From the NCBI RefSeq assembly GCF_001194135.2, contig NC_068989.1, forward strand, positions 22,116,431 through 22,151,176: a stretch of DNA of 34,746 nt, written 5' to 3'. Source of the stretch: Octopus bimaculoides (lineage: Eukaryota). Below are positions 30,001 to 34,746 of the stretch, one piece after another (within the stretch, counting starts at the first letter, position 1; the number at the start of each line of letters is the position of its first letter). Below the pieces are notes generated by a model. It saw nothing but the letters and a program-made list of their open reading frames with translations, made no database searches and was not told the origin of the DNA. The position numbers and the translations under genes are program-made.

Positions 30001-30824
30001 AGCACCCAGTGCCACAGTTTTGCATTGGTACTGTAGTAACTGTCTAGTTATCAATAAGAATTATTTACATAAATGAGTTGAATCACAGGTTTTGTTCATA
30101 TCTTAATAAGTAGTCTGTTATTTTTCTTGTAAAATCAGAAGTTGTTGGAGGATCCCAGACTTTACAGTCCAAAGCAATTACTTGGCAGCCTTCATTATGG
30201 TTCTTGTACATGCACTAAAGCTTGTGCAAAAATATTCAATATACCTTACCATGTACCATGACATTAGTGTGGCATGCAAGATTGTTGCACTTAATGCTTT
30301 TGGAAAAAGAAGACTACACAACATGAATCTTTATAACGTTCAAAAATTTTACAAATCCTTCTCTATACTATGTGTATCTCAGTTTTTGAAAAAGTACACC
30401 CATGTCCCCACATGTTGTAAGAGGCAACTAAAAGGGCTTAGAAACAAAGGGTATCAGGTCTGAAAGCACTGCTTCAAAGAATTCATTCAATCTATGCCAG
30501 CATGGAATTTGGATGCAAAAAAGATGAGAGAATGATTCACCTTTCCACTTTTGTGAATATAATCTGCACAGAAATGCTTATGTGAAAATGTGTGTGTTAT
30601 AAGAATGCACATGTAAAAAATAAACTTCCTTTTTTTATTTTATATCTTTTATCTTTTACTTGTTTCAGTCATTAGACTGTGGCCATGCTGGGGTATTACT
30701 TTGAATTTTTAGTCAAATGGAACAACCATACTGCTTATTTCGGTCTCTTCTGCTGAACTGCTAAGTTATGAGGATGTAACCACACCAATGCTGGTTGTCA
30801 AGCAGTGATGGGGAGACAAAGACA

Positions 30825-31044
30825 AGCACAGACACATACATATAGCCCCACAGGGGGCGAAACATAGAGGAGACAAACAAGGATAGACAAAGGGTTTAAG
30901 TCGATTACATTGACCCCAGTGCATAACTGGTACTTATTTAATCGACCCCGAAAGGATGAAAGGCAAAGTCGACCTTGGTGGAGTTTGAACTCAGAACGTG
31001 ATAGTAGACGAAATACCGCCAAGCATTTCATCCAGCGTGCTAAC
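30825..31044 (-). mobile_element. tRNA-derived octopus SINE (family B), young copy
   Basis: GTTCTGAGTTCAAA...GGTCGACTTTGCCTTTCATCCTTTCGGGGTCGAT with CpGs retained. Older copies at about 14660-14870(+), 4900-5100(-) and 29160-29330(-). Confidence 0.8.
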
Positions 31045-31246
31045 NNNNNNNNNNNNNNNNNNNNNNNNNNNNNNNNNNNNNNNNNNNNNNNNNNNNNNNN
31101 NNNNNNNNNNNNNNNNNNNNNNNNNNNNNNNNNNNNNNNNNNNNNNNNNNNNNNNNNNNNNNNNNNNNNNNNNNNNNNNNNNNNNNNNNNNNNNNNNNNN
31201 NNNNNNNNNNNNNNNNNNNNNNNNNNNNNNNNNNNNNNNNNNNNNN

Positions 31247-31259
31247 GTGTGTGTGTGTG

Positions 31260-31306
<47 letters not shown>

Positions 31307-31367
31307 GTGTGTGTGTGTATATATATATATATATGTGTGTGTGTGTATATATATATATATATGTGTG
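31247..31367. repeat. Compound (GT)n(AT)n microsatellite array; one of many (AT)n/(CA)n/(GA)n/(CAT)n tracts in the window
   Basis: Direct reading; similar tracts at about 2365-2430, 5423-5465, 8432-8472, 11650-11810, 18315-18340, 19860-19918 and 32110-32175. Confidence 0.95.
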
Positions 31368-32114
31368 CTGGGCTTCATTCAGTTTCTGCCTACTAAATCC
31401 ACTCAAGGTTTTAGTTGACCTAAGGTCATAGTTGGAAACACTTACCACACAGCCATGATGCCTACACCTACGGATAAAATGTCACTAAGCATTTTGTCTG
31501 GTGTGCTAGCGATTCTGCCAGTTCATCACCTTATAAATATGTTTATTTATTTTCAAGAAATGCTATAATTCTAAAATTGTTAGCAAAATTAGTTTAAACA
31601 TTTGTANNNNNNNNNNNNNNNNNNNNNNNNNNNNNNNNNNNNNNNNNNNNNNNNNNNNNNNNNNNNNNNNNNNNNNNNNNNNNNNNNNNNNNNNNNNNNN
31701 NNNNNNNNNNNNNNNNNNNNNNNNNNNNNNNNNNNNNNNNNNNNNNNNNNNNNNNNNNNNNNNNNNNNNNNNNNNNNNNNNNNNNNNNNNNNNNNNNNNN
31801 NNNNNNNNNNNNNNNNNNNNNNNNNNNNNNNNNNNNNNNNNNNNNNNNNNNNNNNNNNNNNNNNNNNNNNNNNNNNNNNNNNNNNNNNNNNNNNNNNNNN
31901 NNNNNNNNNNNNNNNNNNNNNNNNNNNNNNNNNNNNNNNNNNNNNNNNNNNNNNNTTGTTTGCTTTAATTTCCTATATTTTACCCATAGGTCTATGCTAA
32001 CTAAAAATCAAAGAACCGCAAAAGCTCTTTTAAGATGGCAGGAGCATTTTGCTCACATGTTTCCAAGGTAAAGTTTTTAATTTTGTTTCAATCTAAGTTA
32101 CATTAATTACACAC

Positions 32115-32158
<44 letters not shown>

Positions 32159-32185
32159 ATATATATATATATACCTATATCTATA

Positions 32186-33066
32186 CATGGTCTGATCAAT
32201 AAGTATCCAGACTGTTGCCATAGTAATGAAGCTAAAGCATGCATAGTGAAGCCGCTTGGCACAGATTGACATTGAACACTGCTGTGAATGCACACTAAGT
32301 TTTAATGTTCTAGTTCTCTTCCACTGTTTACAGCAGTGCTTGGAAGGAAGGTGTGTAGTGTGTGATCGTCGCATTGACCATGACAGCGTAAGTTGAGCAG
32401 AGAATCTGCATCAAATTTTGCCAAAAGTTTGGTGATACCTGCTCAGAGGTCTATGCAAAGTTTTCAAAAAGTTTCCATTGTTCTTGACACAATCAAAGAG
32501 ATCTTGTGCCACTGAAACCGGAGTGTCTTTTTGCTCAGCTGTAAACAGTTTTGGCACAAACTTGACAGACATGCATCTAATACCCAAATCTTCAGTGATA
32601 ATGGACTGAACTGAACCATAACTAACCTCCACTCCTCTCATAACTCATGGATGGTGATTTGACGATTTCCCCTCAAAGCTGCATGCATATCTGCGATGTT
32701 TTTCTCAGTCCTGCTAGATGCAAGTCTCCCAGAATGTTTGTCAGTATTGACATTTTTCAGCTAACTTGGAAACATCTGAACCACTCATATATTTGTGTGC
32801 GGTTCATACACTTTCTGCAACTTTGCATAGGCCTCTGAGCAGGTATCGCCATGACCACTTTCTCTGTCATGGTCAATGCAGCGATCACACACTACACACC
32901 TTCCTTCCAAGCACTGCTGTAAACAATGGAAGTGAGCTAGAATGTTAAAACTTAGTGCGTAGGCACAGCAGAGTTCAAAGTCAATCTTTGCCTAGCGGCT
33001 TCACTTTGCGTGCTTTAGCTTTGTTACTATGGCAACAGTCCTGATACATATTGATCAGACCTCATG
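32186..33066 (-). mobile_element. Mariner (Tc1/mariner) derivative with two inverted 5' ends (foldback) and a degenerate transposase N-terminus
   Basis: Long inverted arms starting (GA)GGTCTGATCAATA.GTATC..GACTG, flanked by TA. Remnants EQRICIKFC (+) and VSYGSVQSIITEDLG..SVKFVPKLFTAEQK (-) are mariner HTH-region sequence. Confidence 0.85.
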
Positions 33067-33099
33067 TATATATATATATATGTAAATAATCTGTAAATA

Positions 33100-33379
33100 A
33101 TATGTGGCAATTATTCGGTAGCCATGATAAAACTCCGAGTTTCGGATGCCGGGGCAGAAACCCACACCGGCATCTCTTCAGTTATCTGGCCATCGAAGAA
33201 TGCTATGAAAATGATCGTTAAACAAAGGGAAATTACTGTGTGATTGGCCGTTATTAAGACAAAAGAGCTATTAGAATGACCGCTAAGTGAGGGGAGGGAG
33301 TAAAAATGTCCATAGTATTCACGTAAGCGCACCAGTCCATACATACACATGCGCACCCGCACACCTATGTACATGCGCC

Positions 33380-33416
<37 letters not shown>

Positions 33417-33550
33417 TCATCCACTCTCACTGAAAACACACACATACTCACCCACACATTTNNNNNNNNNNNNNNNNNNNNNNNNNNNNNNNNNNNNNNN
33501 NNNNNNNNNNNNNNNNNNNNNNNNNNNNNNNNNNNNNNNNNNNNNNNNNN

Positions 33551-33587
<37 letters not shown>

Positions 33588-34746
33588 TCATCCACTCTCA
33601 CTGAAAACACACACATACTCACCCACACATTTGCCAAAGAAAATAATATATATATATATATATACACGCCCACACACACGCAATACGCTTGCAAAAAGGT
33701 TCATACACACGTCTATATACGCACATGCCCAAGAAACAACAGGGCTAAAGGCAAAATACAGAAAAAAATGTAAAAAAAAAGTGTGAAAAGTCCATAGGGG
33801 TAAAACACGTCTATATGCGCACATTCTTGCATGCATGTACACATGTGCCCGCACACACGCACACATCCACAAGCGTGCACAAAAGGTTCCATGTACTCAT
33901 CTATATACGCACAGGAAAAAAGGAGGGTGGAAGGTAGAATGCAGAAAAACTATGTGTAAAAAAATATATAAAACAATAGCTCTATAAATATGTAAAAAAA
34001 AATATAGAAAATATATAAGAATTATAAGTAAAAAGTATAGAGAGATAATATACTTGTACATAGACACAATATAGAAAGCAAGTCCTATCAGTAATCTCGA
34101 GGGGACCAAAAACGTAACAAATATTTAGCCACATGTGGACATGATCCGAAAAGTTCAATTCTTGAATTTAGACAGGTGGCAGCTGCCTTTCCAGATGAGC
34201 AATCTTTCCATATCACAAAGACTGCACTTTCTGCTGCCGTTGGAGTAGGGTTTACACTTGGCTAAGATCTTCTAATGGATGTTGTAACTGGTACCTTTAT
34301 CTTTTAAGGAGCATATATGACTGGATAATTTGGTTGTTTTCCTTTTATCCCAGTGTCTGACGCTCAAGGTGTGATTATTGAACCTGGTCTTGAAATTACC
34401 CTCTGGAAGGCCCACATATTTCTTCGTCGAAACTGTGTCCTTAGTGGATATAGAGTCCACGGTGGCTTCATACATGATGGTCTCGGACATGTGGATGTGT
34501 GCAGGTACGTACGTATATAGATGTGTGTGCGTGCATGCGAGAACGTGCACATATCGTCGTGTTTTGCCCTTATGGCCTTTTTACACTTTTTTCTGTATTT
34601 TGCCTTTAGCCCTGTTGTTTCTTGGGCATGTGCATATATAAATGTGTGTATGAACCTTTTTGCACGTGTGTGTATGTGTGCAAGCATGTTGCATGCACGT
34701 GTGTGTGTGTGAGAGCGTGTATGCGGGTATATATATATATATATAT
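33100..34746 (-). mobile_element. 5'-truncated Penelope-like retroelement: inverted pLTR segment, degenerate GIY-YIG endonuclease (about 34087-34495), pLTR with microsatellites, hammerhead
   Basis: Translation YEATV...KKYVGLPEGNFKTRFNNH...KILAKCKPYSNGSRKCSLC...LNSRIELFGSCPH (with stops/frameshift) is PLE GIY-YIG-like. About 33680-33870 and 34487-34680 are inverted copies of each other. Confidence 0.8.
33121..33190 (-). ncRNA. Type I hammerhead ribozyme at the 3' end of a Penelope-like element
   Basis: Minus strand GCCAGATAA-CTGAAGA-GATGCCGG(14 nt)CCGGCATC-C-GAAA-CTC(G)GAG-T-T-TTATC(A)TGGC. Core intact, 8-bp stem II, palindromic stem III, extendable stem I. Confidence 0.8.

Noticed and set aside
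30182-30463. 93-aa plus-strand ORF starting at TTG
   Set aside because: No recognisable domain or ATG; kept only as one possible frame of the 30139 candidate exon.
33385-33630. Identical about 70-nt block on both sides of an N-gap
   Set aside because: Most likely overlapping contig ends (assembly artefact) rather than a true duplication.

Overview
AT-rich, repeat-dense eukaryotic genomic DNA with nine N-gaps. The SINE, RTE-LINE and microsatellite content looks like an Octopus (cephalopod) draft assembly; this is inference from recognised repeat families. Main gene: the 5' half of a Mad3/Bub1-family (MadBub; BUB1/BUB1B) spindle-checkpoint gene on the minus strand. I reconstructed it by hand as 10 phase-compatible GT-AG exons (23859 down to 2029; 1298 nt, about 433 aa) encoding KEN1, the TPR domain, ABBA1-'REN'-ABBA2, GLEBS and a coiled coil; the gene continues past the left edge. 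About 1.4 kb away, head-to-head on the plus strand, is an ORF (ATG 25257) whose N-terminal 40 aa resemble the Scm3/HJURP CENP-A-binding domain. It is a candidate mollusc CENP-A chaperone that may share a CCAAT/CHR-type cell-cycle promoter region with MadBub. The non-coding DNA holds three type I hammerhead ribozyme motifs in Penelope-like element derivatives, a truncated Penelope GIY-YIG element, tRNA-derived SINEs, RTE-LINE 3' ends, hAT/piggyBac/Tc1-mariner MITEs, foldback elements with TTAGGG cores, and minisatellites. All family assignments come from manual reading and memory, not database searches.
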